Virus record (IMG/VR): IMGVR_UViG_3300047493_000037
Coordinates: 30,713-94,712 of that record
Length of the DNA stretch: 64,000 bases
DNA from: a virus
Lineage: Duplodnaviria > Heunggongvirae > Uroviricota > Caudoviricetes
Reading direction: 5' to 3' (one strand)
Shown here: piece after piece, positions 18,051-27,880 of the stretch
Numbering within the stretch: position 1 is the first letter of the stretch
How the letters are laid out: each line of letters begins with the position of its first letter
The notes under the pieces: model-generated
The model's input: only the letters and a program-made list of their open reading frames with translations
The model's database searches: none
Told to the model about the DNA's origin: nothing
Made by a program: the position numbers and the translations under genes

Positions 18051-18581
18051 GTGAAGAAAAGACCTCCATACAACCAGAACGCATCCATTCGTGGCGCATT
18101 AAGGCGACAATTTTCAAGGTCGCCAGTTGTCCGCGAAGTGTTAATGAAAGTGCGCCGTGAAATACCCAAGTTCAACAAAGACGGTAGCAGAAGTAAGAAG
18201 GATGCTGTCCAATATTGCTGTAGCCCTTGTGGCCAATGGACAAAGTCCACAGCAGTCGCAGTCGACCACATATCTCCTGTTATTGATGTTCAAGATGGGT
18301 TTGTGGACTGGAATGAGTTTATTAGTAGGTTATTCTGCGACGCCTCCAACCTCCAAGTCATTTGTGATACGTGTCACAACGCCAAGACACAAGGCGAAAG
18401 AATAGCCCGTCTAACCAAGCAATATACAGAAGAACTTAATAATCTAGAAGAACTCTGCAAAGATCCAGCTGATCCTAAGTTTCTTAAAAAGCAGTTATCT
18501 AAATATACCGCTAAAAAGAAGACTCCAGGTTTGCAAAAAATTGTAGAAAGAGCCTTGAGATTGAAACAACAATTGAAATAA
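18051..18581 (+). CDS. HNH-family endonuclease
   Basis: CSPC...VDHISPV...NLQVICDTCHNAKT. Confidence 0.8.
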   Translation: MKKRPPYNQNASIRGALRRQFSRSPVVREVLMKVRREIPKFNKDGSRSKKDAVQYCCSPCGQWTKSTAVAVDHISPVIDVQDGFVDWNEFISRLFCDASNLQVICDTCHNAKTQGERIARLTKQYTEELNNLEELCKDPADPKFLKKQLSKYTAKKKTPGLQKIVERALRLKQQLK

Positions 18582-18590
18582 GGAATATAC

Positions 18591-18881
18591 ATGAGCGATG
18601 TTAAAAAGGTTCTAAGTAAATCTTTCGTTGATAACCATGAAAATGTCACTGAAGATGTGGCCGCTGATCTTATTGTTAAAGCTGAAATGAAGGTTAAGGA
18701 GATTAAGGAAGAGCGTGCGGCTGATGGAAAGCTAGAACAGGCTCGTCAGATTGTTAAGGACCTAAATGGTGCGTATAACAGCGCTATTAAGTACGAACAA
18801 GCAAAGATCGACTTCTTACTTGAGAAGATTGCTGAAATCCAGAGTGGCGACGTAAATCCCAGCTCAGGTGCTAACTCCTGA
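18591..18881 (+). CDS. Coiled-coil hypothetical protein
   Basis: AAGGA RBS; helical composition. Confidence 0.7.
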   Translation: MSDVKKVLSKSFVDNHENVTEDVAADLIVKAEMKVKEIKEERAADGKLEQARQIVKDLNGAYNSAIKYEQAKIDFLLEKIAEIQSGDVNPSSGANS

Positions 18882-18911
18882 TACAATAAAGTCTACTTTT
18901 AAGGAGACTTT

Positions 18912-19760
18912 ATGAGTTTACGCGATTCCTATTTTAATGGCTCTAACGGGCTACAACAGCAAATGGATGCTGCTTTTGCTAATGGTATCGCCTATGTAGG
19001 TGTTGGAGCTAATGATATCTCTACCCTGTCGTTGGGTGATAGAAATGGTTCTAACCTAGGTGCAGGATCTGGCATGCCAGGTTTGTATTTTACCTATGCA
19101 ACTCCATCTGCTAACTATGTTATGTGGATGTTTGTGGCAGGTGAACTTGCTCCCAGTGTTGCTGGTACATTAGTGCAAGTAACACTTTTGAGTGGAGACA
19201 GTTCTACCGCAGTTGCTGCAAAGATTGCAGTGGCGATGAATGCTATCGTAAGTACTCCATTTGCTTGTACTTCAAGCGCATCTGTTGTAACTATGCAGAA
19301 TACGGCTTCCGGCGTTGCTATTCTTCCTGTTTCTGCTGGAACACTTGGCGGTACTGCGGCAGTAGCTCAGGCTCAAGCCGGCATTGCTCCTACTGGTCAA
19401 TATTCTGCCTTGCAGACTGCACTTCAACAGGCTGCAGCAGGTGGTAAGCAGGATTTTAGGTTTGTTGCTCAAGGTACCGGTAATATGAATGCTGCGATTT
19501 TGAGAGCATGCAACGGCAATAATCTTGCTCTTAGGGCTTTCTTTGCAGGCGTTTATCAAGCTCTTGCTCTTCAACAGATCTATGATTATCAAGTACGTCT
19601 TCAACTAGATATTAGTACGAGCGCTGGAACAAACGTTATTTTTAACTTTAGTTTTGGTCGTCGTTTTAAGAGCGCACCAGTTAATCTAGACTCACTCACT
19701 TGTCCTCCACAAGGCAATGGTACTAATTCTTGCGACGATGGTTGGTCTCGCGGGTATTAA
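18912..19760 (+). CDS. Hypothetical protein, probably virion structural
   Basis: AAGGAG RBS, TGATACAAT box upstream, A/G/S-rich, followed by a terminator. Confidence 0.6.
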   Translation: MSLRDSYFNGSNGLQQQMDAAFANGIAYVGVGANDISTLSLGDRNGSNLGAGSGMPGLYFTYATPSANYVMWMFVAGELAPSVAGTLVQVTLLSGDSSTAVAAKIAVAMNAIVSTPFACTSSASVVTMQNTASGVAILPVSAGTLGGTAAVAQAQAGIAPTGQYSALQTALQQAAAGGKQDFRFVAQGTGNMNAAILRACNGNNLALRAFFAGVYQALALQQIYDYQVRLQLDISTSAGTNVIFNFSFGRRFKSAPVNLDSLTCPPQGNGTNSCDDGWSRGY

Positions 19761-19781
19761 CTAAAAGTTTTAAACTTGATT

Positions 19782-19815
19782 AAAAGGGCCGCAGGAAACT
19801 GTGGTCCTTTTTTAT
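19782..19815 (+). terminator. Rho-independent terminator
   Basis: AAAAGGGCCGCAG-GAAA-CTGTGGTCCTTTTTT. Confidence 0.85.
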
Positions 19816-19830
19816 TTGTATAATCCCCGC

Positions 19831-22800
19831 ATGGCAAGATTCAAAGAACCAGCACAACTCCATAATCATAGTAAGTACTCTCTGCTCGACGCAGTTCCTT
19901 CTCCGGAAGAGTGGGTTGGTTGGTGCTTAGAAACTGGCACACCTGCTTTGGCGGTTACTGATCACGGCACAGCTATATCAATGTACGATGCTTTAAAGAC
20001 AAAAGATTTCATTAAAGCATATAATAAAGAGCATGGTACCAACCATGAGTTGGACGCCGTCACTCTAATTCCTGCTGTAGAACTTTATGTTAAGTTAAAT
20101 GCAGAGGACAAGAGTCACTATCATATTACGGCTTGGGCTGCGAGTACTGAGGGTTATCACAACCTGATGAAGCTCTCTTCTATTGCATACAACGATACAG
20201 TTTCTTTCTATGGGTCGGTAAAGGCACGTGTCACGTTCGATCAGATCAAACAATATAAGAAGGGTATTAAATTTGGCACAGGATGTATTGCAGGTCCGAT
20301 TGGTAAAGCCTTCTGGGATAACAATAGAGCGCTTGCAGAAGAGCGATTCCTCATGTATCGCGAAATTTTTGGTGAAGAATTATACATTGAGTTCCATTGT
20401 AACGATGTCACTCATAACTTTAATAAACAAACTGGAGGTTTTGACCCTATCCCAGGCGACGAGTGCTCTTGCGACGGTAATAAGCAAAAACACTACAACC
20501 TCTTTCTCCGGGACATGGTTGATAAATACGGGGGCAAGCCTATTCCCGTAACCGATGCTCACTTTATTGCCCCAGAGGACAAGGTCATTCAAGACTGTCT
20601 GTTGAAGAACGGTAATTCAAATGGTTGGTACTTCTATGAGTCATACCATCAACTTAGAGCAGAGGAAATGTATGGAAAACTCAGGGCACATCTTGGAGAC
20701 TGGTTGGACGAAAACAGGTTTGCCAGTTGGATCGACAACACGTATGAAGTTGCAAATGCTGCAAAAAACATCTACGTTAAATTTGAGTACCATCTTCCAA
20801 GGGTTGCCATCCCAACGCATATTGAAGAAAAAACTAGTGATTATGATCTACAAACTTATGCTTACATGATGGAACTCATCAAGGAGCATGGGCGTTGGAA
20901 GGAAGATCCAATTTATAAGGCCCGCTTTAAGCAAGAAGTTGATGTTATCATGAAGAATGAAAAGCTTAATTTCATACCATACTTCCTAATTTATGAGGAT
21001 ATTGGTAGATTCGCCAGGTCGCAAGGTATCCTGCAAAACATTGCCCGTGGTTCTGCTGGTGGTTCTCTATTGAGCTATTACCTCAAGATCATTCATGTTG
21101 ATCCCATTAAGGCCAATCTACCATTCGAGCGCTTTCTGTCGCATGCCCGTATTCGCGCTGGCTCATTTCCTGATATAGATGCAGACATCGGCGATCGTGC
21201 TCGATCTCTTATCATGGATTATCTTCGCAAGAAGTATGGTGCTGGGTTTGCCCAGATATCTACCTTCCAGAAGATGAAGACAAAGAATGCTATTAAAGAT
21301 GCAATGTTTGCTGTCTATGGGCGTAATCGTAATGACGTAGAAGTGAAATTAATCTGCGACTCTATTCCTGATTCACCTCAAGGAGTGGATGAATATGATT
21401 TTCTGTATGGAGGTACCGATCAAGAGGGTAACTATAATCCAGGACAAGTAGAGCTTAATAAGAATTTGGCCAATTTTTTTGCTACATATCCAGATGTAGA
21501 GAAGATGGTAAAGAAACTTATTGGCACTATTCGTGGTTGGTCTAGACATGCATCAGCATTTGTTATTTCAACTCTAGATCTTTCTGCTGAGCGCGTTCCA
21601 ACTATGGTCATGAAAGATAAAGAGTTGGGCGATATCGTCTGTACTCAATATGATGCTTCAATGGTTGAAAAATGCAACCTAGTTAAGGCAGACATATTGG
21701 GCATTAAAACGTTAACTGCCGTTTCTGATTGTGTTGCACTTGTTAAAGATGAAGTCAATTATCTTGCAGAAGAAGAGGGCATGCCACTTATTTACAGGTT
21801 GCCTGAATCTGAAGCAGTGTACGTTGATTTTTATAATAAGGATACAGATTCGTCTTTTCAGTTCAACACTGAATTAATCAAGGGATACATCCAAGAGTTC
21901 TGCCCTACAAAGCGTACTGATCTAATGGCTATGACCGCCCTTTGTCGTCCTGGAGCGTTAGATGCGCCTCTCTACGATACGACAGCAGCCCAATACTATA
22001 TGGATATTCGCAATGGAAAAAGAGATATAGAGTATCTACACAGCGATTTACAACCCATTCTAGAGTTTAGTAACGGCGTTTTTGTTTATCAAGAAGAGGT
22101 TATGAAGTTTCTAGTTGAAGTTGCTGGTTATTCTTGGGAAGAATCTGACTTGATTCGTGGGGCTATTGCGAAGAAAAAGCATGATGTCATCATGAACACT
22201 TTTGATCGTATTCGCGTTTCTTGCAGAGCTAGAGGATGGACAGATGAGGCTATAGAGACTGTTTGTCAACAGATTCAAGCTTTTGCCAGGTATTCTTTTA
22301 ATAAGTCTCACTCTCATGCATACGGCGAATTAGGATATATCACTATGTATCTCAAGCATTACCACCCATTTGAGTGGTGGGCTAGTGTGTTAAATGTGTA
22401 TATTGACGATGAAGTTAAGGTTAGACAATATATGTCTAAACTTGGACCAATTGTCAGACCGCCTTCTTTAAAGTACCCTACGAATAAGTTTGAAGTTCGT
22501 GAGATCGACGGCGAGAAATTTATTGTTACCCCTCTTTCTGCAATCAAGGGAGTTGGTCCTGCCGTTGTTAAAGAACTTTGCAATAAGGGCCCATTCCCCA
22601 CACTAGAAGACTTTGTTAAGAGAATTGACCACGCGAAGGTTAATTCTGGTGGTATCTCTTACCTTATCAAGGGTAGAGCCGCAGATGACATGATGGATAT
22701 GTCTATTGCAGATTATGGCACTCGCAGAGAGGCATTTATTAACACATATAAAAAGCTTAGAGGCAAAGAGATTAAGTTGCAGCCAGAAGTGTTCCAGTTT

Positions 22801-23265
22801 GATCCCCTTTCCATCTTCTTGATGGAAAAGGAATACAACCAAGCATTTAATAAGAATCTATTATCTGATAAAGCTATAGTAAGTATTATTAAGAATAGAT
22901 GGAATGCTCTCACTGAAACCGGTAGAGCCGGAGTTCCTTTGATGATGGGCGATGTTCCAATTTTATCAACTATTAAAGTCGCAGAAGGTTTAGTTAAAAA
23001 AGACTTTGATAAAGAAGTTGGGATGATTTTGCTTTATGAGTCCTCTGAGTTTACAAAAGGCATTTCTAAGAAGACTGGAAGACCTTGGTCTAAGGTTGCG
23101 GTTTACCTCTCTGATGGGTTTACTACGTTAGAGTGCACTTACTGGGATAAGAAGTCTGCATTAGGTTGGTCTAAGAACAGTATTGTATATGTACGTGGCA
23201 AACTTAAACCTGGTTGGAAAACTCCAGTAAACTTACAAATTGAAGAGATTGAACGTATTGAATAG
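19831..23265 (+). CDS. dnaE: DNA polymerase III alpha subunit
   Basis: PHP motifs LHNHSKYS and TDHG; RGSAGGS; catalytic FPDIDAD; HhH AIKGVG; C-terminal OB fold. The track's GTG at 19801 lies inside a terminator, so the start is moved to ATG 19831. Confidence 0.95.
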   Translation: MARFKEPAQLHNHSKYSLLDAVPSPEEWVGWCLETGTPALAVTDHGTAISMYDALKTKDFIKAYNKEHGTNHELDAVTLIPAVELYVKLNAEDKSHYHITAWAASTEGYHNLMKLSSIAYNDTVSFYGSVKARVTFDQIKQYKKGIKFGTGCIAGPIGKAFWDNNRALAEERFLMYREIFGEELYIEFHCNDVTHNFNKQTGGFDPIPGDECSCDGNKQKHYNLFLRDMVDKYGGKPIPVTDAHFIAPEDKVIQDCLLKNGNSNGWYFYESYHQLRAEEMYGKLRAHLGDWLDENRFASWIDNTYEVANAAKNIYVKFEYHLPRVAIPTHIEEKTSDYDLQTYAYMMELIKEHGRWKEDPIYKARFKQEVDVIMKNEKLNFIPYFLIYEDIGRFARSQGILQNIARGSAGGSLLSYYLKIIHVDPIKANLPFERFLSHARIRAGSFPDIDADIGDRARSLIMDYLRKKYGAGFAQISTFQKMKTKNAIKDAMFAVYGRNRNDVEVKLICDSIPDSPQGVDEYDFLYGGTDQEGNYNPGQVELNKNLANFFATYPDVEKMVKKLIGTIRGWSRHASAFVISTLDLSAERVPTMVMKDKELGDIVCTQYDASMVEKCNLVKADILGIKTLTAVSDCVALVKDEVNYLAEEEGMPLIYRLPESEAVYVDFYNKDTDSSFQFNTELIKGYIQEFCPTKRTDLMAMTALCRPGALDAPLYDTTAAQYYMDIRNGKRDIEYLHSDLQPILEFSNGVFVYQEEVMKFLVEVAGYSWEESDLIRGAIAKKKHDVIMNTFDRIRVSCRARGWTDEAIETVCQQIQAFARYSFNKSHSHAYGELGYITMYLKHYHPFEWWASVLNVYIDDEVKVRQYMSKLGPIVRPPSLKYPTNKFEVREIDGEKFIVTPLSAIKGVGPAVVKELCNKGPFPTLEDFVKRIDHAKVNSGGISYLIKGRAADDMMDMSIADYGTRREAFINTYKKLRGKEIKLQPEVFQFDPLSIFLMEKEYNQAFNKNLLSDKAIVSIIKNRWNALTETGRAGVPLMMGDVPILSTIKVAEGLVKKDFDKEVGMILLYESSEFTKGISKKTGRPWSKVAVYLSDGFTTLECTYWDKKSALGWSKNSIVYVRGKLKPGWKTPVNLQIEEIERIE

Positions 23266-23307
23266 CTCAGAGAAATGAAATAGGTACTATCTTTATAGGA
23301 GAAAACG

Positions 23308-23823
23308 ATGGCAAAATTTGTAGTAGTTAATAAGGCACCAGAAACTCTAGAAAAAGGCGAAATTGTAATCAATCAGCCGGATTTTATGGAGCAAATTGTT
23401 GCTAACATCAAGAAGGCACCAAAGCATAAGCAAACTGCTATCAATCATCTTAGAGAAGTTCTAACCTCTATTGGTCAAAAGTATGATCAAGATATGAACG
23501 TTTTTAAGATTAGGTTATTGAATTACGAAGGTTTGCCTTTTAACGATAATAAGGATCTCTCTGACATAGTTGTAAGGGTGCTTAAAAATGAGTATCCAGT
23601 TCTTTTTGACAAGTATCTTGATCATGAACTTAAAAATAGGCCTGCTAATACAAAGTTGATTTATTATGTTGGCAACTTTACAAGTGCAGCACCTTTTTAT
23701 AATGCTGGATTAGATCTTATAGAAGAAAAAGATATCGAGTCTTATATGACAGGAAAACCTAAGAAGGTAGTTGGTAAGCCAGCTATTACTAAAGAGGAGG
23801 CTGAAGGGAATGGCGTCAGCTAA
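23308..23823 (+). CDS. Hypothetical protein
   Basis: AGGAG RBS. Confidence 0.75.
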   Translation: MAKFVVVNKAPETLEKGEIVINQPDFMEQIVANIKKAPKHKQTAINHLREVLTSIGQKYDQDMNVFKIRLLNYEGLPFNDNKDLSDIVVRVLKNEYPVLFDKYLDHELKNRPANTKLIYYVGNFTSAAPFYNAGLDLIEEKDIESYMTGKPKKVVGKPAITKEEAEGNGVS

Positions 23824-23956
23824 TTACAATGAATGTGCCGACTGTGGAGAAAAAGTTGGTGAAGATAGTTTTTGTGAAGTGTGTGGAGATGACGTCTGCG
23901 AAATGTGCATGGATACCCACTTAGAAGACTATCACGGCTCTAGTGGTGACGATTAA
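23810..23956 (+). CDS. Small Cys-rich zinc-finger protein
   Basis: MASANYNECADC...CEVC...CEMC...H with three CxxC pairs. Confidence 0.55.
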   Translation: MASANYNECADCGEKVGEDSFCEVCGDDVCEMCMDTHLEDYHGSSGDD

Positions 23957-24020
23957 TAAGAAAACGTGGTATAATATATCTACGCCAATGTTGGCCTTTA
24001 ATGTATCTATGGAGAAAAAT

Positions 24021-25058
24021 ATGACAAATACTAAAATTAAGCTCAATCTCGATTCCCTAAAATCCCGCAAAGAATGGAAAAGACATAAAGTGAAAGATGG
24101 TCACAACATCTATCGCATTCTTCCCCCATTTGGCGAATCTTCAAATGGCTATCCTTATCGTAAGTGGCAAATTATCTGGGGCCTAGTTGACCCAGAAAGT
24201 GGCCGTGCTCGCCCATTTGCTTCTTCTATGACATCTGAAAAGCGTTGCCCTGTTACTGAGTATGTTTATCAACTCAAGGATCGCGCTGAAACTATGGCAG
24301 CAGAACTTAAGGCTGCTGGTAACAGTGAAGAAGATGTTCGTGCTCGCCTAAAAGATCTCCAAGATCTTATTGGCAACCTAATTCCTAAAACTGTTTATGT
24401 TTATAATGCAGCTGATAAAGCTGGTGAAGTTGGACTTCTTGAACTTAAGTCTACTGCACATAAGGACATGAAGGAAAAGATGAACCAGTACATCAACGAC
24501 TATAATCAAGATCCTACTTCACTTAACAGTGCAGACGATGATTCTGGTGTTTGGTTTGATATCAGTCGTACAAATCTCACCGGCAAGTTCCGTGACACGA
24601 CCTATAAGGTTGAAAAGCTTCAATCTAAGGTTAAGGCGCCTTCTGGTGGTGTTTCGTTTGTCGATGACCGTTCCCCTCTACCTGACGCAGTGGTCGAAAA
24701 CTATGATAATTTGGCATATGATTTGTCATCTATCTATCAATCAAAGTCGTATGATGAACTCAAGGAAGTGCTTGACGCTAATATGCCAGGTATTATCGAA
24801 ATGGTTCCAGATGCTGATCTTACGATTCAACCATCCCTAGCTAATGACTACCGCGCAACGCATGCTTTAGAAAAAGCAGTTACAAAAACTGCTGCACAAT
24901 CTGCTAAGACCGTTGGCACTTCTAAAGTTGCTCTTAAGTTGAACGATGGTGATGACGCTGAGGAAACTACAACTCGCCCCGTAAAGTCGGCAAGCAAAGC
25001 AGTTTCAACTGCTTCTGATGACTTCATGACCCAAGCGGATGCAATCCTAAACTCCTAA
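24021..25058 (+). CDS. Single-stranded DNA-binding protein, T4 gp32-like
   Basis: GHNIYRILPPF...CPV core, acidic tail, GGAG RBS at 24021, and position upstream of recA. Confidence 0.75.
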   Translation: MTNTKIKLNLDSLKSRKEWKRHKVKDGHNIYRILPPFGESSNGYPYRKWQIIWGLVDPESGRARPFASSMTSEKRCPVTEYVYQLKDRAETMAAELKAAGNSEEDVRARLKDLQDLIGNLIPKTVYVYNAADKAGEVGLLELKSTAHKDMKEKMNQYINDYNQDPTSLNSADDDSGVWFDISRTNLTGKFRDTTYKVEKLQSKVKAPSGGVSFVDDRSPLPDAVVENYDNLAYDLSSIYQSKSYDELKEVLDANMPGIIEMVPDADLTIQPSLANDYRATHALEKAVTKTAAQSAKTVGTSKVALKLNDGDDAEETTTRPVKSASKAVSTASDDFMTQADAILNS

Positions 25059-25066
25059 GGTGATAA

Positions 25067-25513
25067 ATGAGTGATCTTACCGAAAAGGTAGATGTCACTC
25101 GTCTCGCCCACTATGTAAATAAGATCGAGGAGCTGTCGTCTATATCAAAGACGATGGCCCCTCGATTTTTACAAGATTACATTATGGGTCAGGACGTAGC
25201 TGCTCATCTATTAGCAAAAGCAATACAGGCAGATTCTAAGGCCAAGGCAAATCTTGATTATGTGGAATCTATTGCATATCTCGAGAAGGCTCGTGAGTAC
25301 TTAGAAAAGAATAATATCAAAGATACTAGTGAAGCTAGAAAGCAATATGTAAATATTGATGTCGATGTGAAGGCAGCAAAAGATGTAAAGGCCGGAACAG
25401 AAGCATTTGTTACTTTGTTTAAGAGTAAACTTTCGCAACTTAGACAAGCACATGATGACCTAAAAAAGATCGCATATGGCGATCAAAATCTAACCCCATA
25501 TGAAGGAATGTAA
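25067..25513 (+). CDS. Possible UvsY-like recombination mediator
   Basis: Helical 148 aa protein between SSB and RecA. Inferred mainly from size and context. Confidence 0.35.
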   Translation: MSDLTEKVDVTRLAHYVNKIEELSSISKTMAPRFLQDYIMGQDVAAHLLAKAIQADSKAKANLDYVESIAYLEKAREYLEKNNIKDTSEARKQYVNIDVDVKAAKDVKAGTEAFVTLFKSKLSQLRQAHDDLKKIAYGDQNLTPYEGM

Positions 25514-25514
25514 G

Positions 25515-25802
25515 ATGAAATTCACAAGAGCAAGTAAGAAAGATAAGACGTTGGTAACTGTTTCACTTAGTGCATTAGATAACGAAGTTAACTTGTCAGT
25601 AAATGGTCCGGAGATACTTTTTGTAGAATTGATGCAGGGTGATGAATTCATTTTGACAGTGGACAAGGTTAGAACCTTGTTCAGAGTTAATAGAGAAGGC
25701 AAAACTGCAACAACCCATAGCTTTCCAAGGGCTTTGAGATTGCCTACTGTCAGCAGGCCTACTAATGCTGAAGTCGATAACATTGCAGACTTTATTGAGT
25801 AA
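25515..25802 (+). CDS. Hypothetical protein
   Basis: AAGGA RBS before ATG 25515. Confidence 0.6.
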   Translation: MKFTRASKKDKTLVTVSLSALDNEVNLSVNGPEILFVELMQGDEFILTVDKVRTLFRVNREGKTATTHSFPRALRLPTVSRPTNAEVDNIADFIE

Positions 25803-25811
25803 GGAATTATT

Positions 25812-26924
25812 ATGTCAAAGTGGTTAACGAGACTTACAAGTGATTTTGGTACTATTGCAGCAGCTCTTAATACGAATATGGCACCCGTAGTTAAGTCTCG
25901 TTCACCATCTTTGAACTGGGCTACATCTATTGGTGGATTTCAACCTGGCAAGATCTCAGTCCTATATGGACCTGAGAGTGCGGGTAAGAGTCTTCTGGCT
26001 ATGATGGCAATTGCTGATGCGCAAAAACTTGACCCAGACGCAATCTTTATCTGGTTTGATGCCGAGTTTTCCTTCAATCTGTCTTTGTTTGTTAAGATTG
26101 GCGGAGATGCTAATAGGTTAATTGTTCGCAAAAGCAATGACCCTCTTAAGATCTTCGACTATATTGGCGGAGAAATGCTTGAGGCCCTTCAAGAAGGTGC
26201 ACCTATTAAGGGTATTGTTATTGACTCTATCAAGGCAATTCGATATCCTAAAGAAACTAACATGAAGCAGACAACGGACCAGAAGATGGGTGGAACCGGT
26301 GCAAGCTATCTCCCATCTACTCTAAAGCTAGTTGTTCCTGTTATTGCTGAATATAAGTTGCTTACATTCTTTATTCAACAGGTCACTATGGAAATCGATC
26401 CAATGAAGGCATTGCGTAATCCATATGTGATCACTGAGGGGCGTGCTCTTAAGCATGCAGCAGATTTGATGTTAGAGATTGTGAAACTTGACACTAAGAA
26501 TGGCGTTGTAGAGTCTGGTGAAACTATCACTGGAGCTGCACAGCAAACTGGTCACAAGGTTCGTGTTAAGGTTAAGAAGAATCGTTTGGGTGCTCCAGCT
26601 CGTATGGCTCAATTTACCTATCATTATGATCATGGGATCATTGACACTGCTTCGGAAATCTTTGAACTTGGCAAATCTTTAGGCGTCGTGTTCCATCCTA
26701 TTAGTGCAACTACTGGTAAAGAGAATAACATGGTGTGGCAGTTTGGTAATTATGACCCTATTAAGGGCGAAGATAACATGAAAGCTTTTGTAATCTCTTC
26801 TAAGAGAGTGCAAGAAGAGATTATGGAAGCTTGCTACTCTCATAGGGATAGCGAAGTTCAATTAGACGCATCTGGTTTTGTGGTTGAAGATGGAGATGCA
26901 GTTGAACTTAATTTAGGAGATTAA
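25812..26924 (+). CDS. recA: RecA/UvsX recombinase
   Basis: YGPESAGKS, WFDAEFS, IVIDSI, EGRALKHAAD and VKKNR. Confidence 0.93.
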   Translation: MSKWLTRLTSDFGTIAAALNTNMAPVVKSRSPSLNWATSIGGFQPGKISVLYGPESAGKSLLAMMAIADAQKLDPDAIFIWFDAEFSFNLSLFVKIGGDANRLIVRKSNDPLKIFDYIGGEMLEALQEGAPIKGIVIDSIKAIRYPKETNMKQTTDQKMGGTGASYLPSTLKLVVPVIAEYKLLTFFIQQVTMEIDPMKALRNPYVITEGRALKHAADLMLEIVKLDTKNGVVESGETITGAAQQTGHKVRVKVKKNRLGAPARMAQFTYHYDHGIIDTASEIFELGKSLGVVFHPISATTGKENNMVWQFGNYDPIKGEDNMKAFVISSKRVQEEIMEACYSHRDSEVQLDASGFVVEDGDAVELNLGD

Positions 26925-27515
26925 GTGATTTACTTCACATCGGACATACATTTCTGGCATGCAAACGTTATTAAGTATTGTAATAGGCCGTTTGCCAACG
27001 TAGAGGAAATGAATGAGGCGATTATCAAAAATTGGAACGATGTCGTCAAGCCAGAAGATACAGTCTACTGCCTTGGCGACATCAGTTTGTCGTTTAAGCC
27101 AATTGAAATTTATTCCGGCAGACTCAATGGCACTAAGTACCTGGTTCCTGGAAACCATGATTTCTGCCATTCCTACCATAAAAAGGGCGGTCGCAACCCA
27201 GAGACACGTAAGCACTGGATCGAAAGGTATGAAGCGCATGGCTGGAAGGTGTTACCGGAACAAACAACATTAGATATACCTGGTGTTGCCATTGTTAATG
27301 TTTGTCATCATCCATATGTCTTATTAGGACCTGGAGATGATAAGTATGCAAATTGGCGCCCTAATGATGACGGTAGATGGCTCATATGCGGCCATGTTCA
27401 TGAAAAGTGGAAAGTTGTCGACAAGATGATTAACGTAGGTGTTGATCAATGGGGTTTTAAACCAGTTGCTATTACGGAGATAGAGAAGATTATATGCTCA
27501 TCCAATACTACTTAG
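26925..27515 (+). CDS. Calcineurin-like metallophosphoesterase
   Basis: FTSDIHFWH, LGD, GNHD and GHVH. Confidence 0.9.
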   Translation: MIYFTSDIHFWHANVIKYCNRPFANVEEMNEAIIKNWNDVVKPEDTVYCLGDISLSFKPIEIYSGRLNGTKYLVPGNHDFCHSYHKKGGRNPETRKHWIERYEAHGWKVLPEQTTLDIPGVAIVNVCHHPYVLLGPGDDKYANWRPNDDGRWLICGHVHEKWKVVDKMINVGVDQWGFKPVAITEIEKIICSSNTT

Positions 27516-27880
27516 CAGATGGCTCAGAGATTACTTACACAACTTCAATGGATATGCCCACTGTAGATGATGTTAGTAATATTGCTCTTATGTATTCACA
27601 AAAAAGGCAAAATTGTCTTCCAGAGTTTATTTTTATTAGCTCAAGAATTTATGGTGGTTTTATTTCTTCTATTGGCGGATATATGGGTCCAGTTCACGGT
27701 CCAGCGCCACACATTGTAAGCATCCACACATCTGTTGGACTACTCACTGTTAAAATTATGCCGTGGGCAACAGATACCAAACTTTTTCTTATTGGCAATA
27801 TGGATGACTTTGAGCGCTATGATGTAGATAAAATCTTTGAAGATATTGTTTTGAAAGATTGCGAGCGCGAAGGTGGCTAA
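27494..27880 (+). CDS. Hypothetical protein
   Basis: Overlaps both neighbours in an operon. Confidence 0.6.
   Translation: MLIQYYLADGSEITYTTSMDMPTVDDVSNIALMYSQKRQNCLPEFIFISSRIYGGFISSIGGYMGPVHGPAPHIVSIHTSVGLLTVKIMPWATDTKLFLIGNMDDFERYDVDKIFEDIVLKDCEREGG

Noticed and set aside
19801-19830. Track start sites for dnaE and for ORFs 23943, 28920, 34389, 36687, 41235 and 46964
   Set aside because: These upstream starts fall in terminators, promoter boxes or neighbouring genes. Downstream starts fit the RBS or leaderless pattern better.
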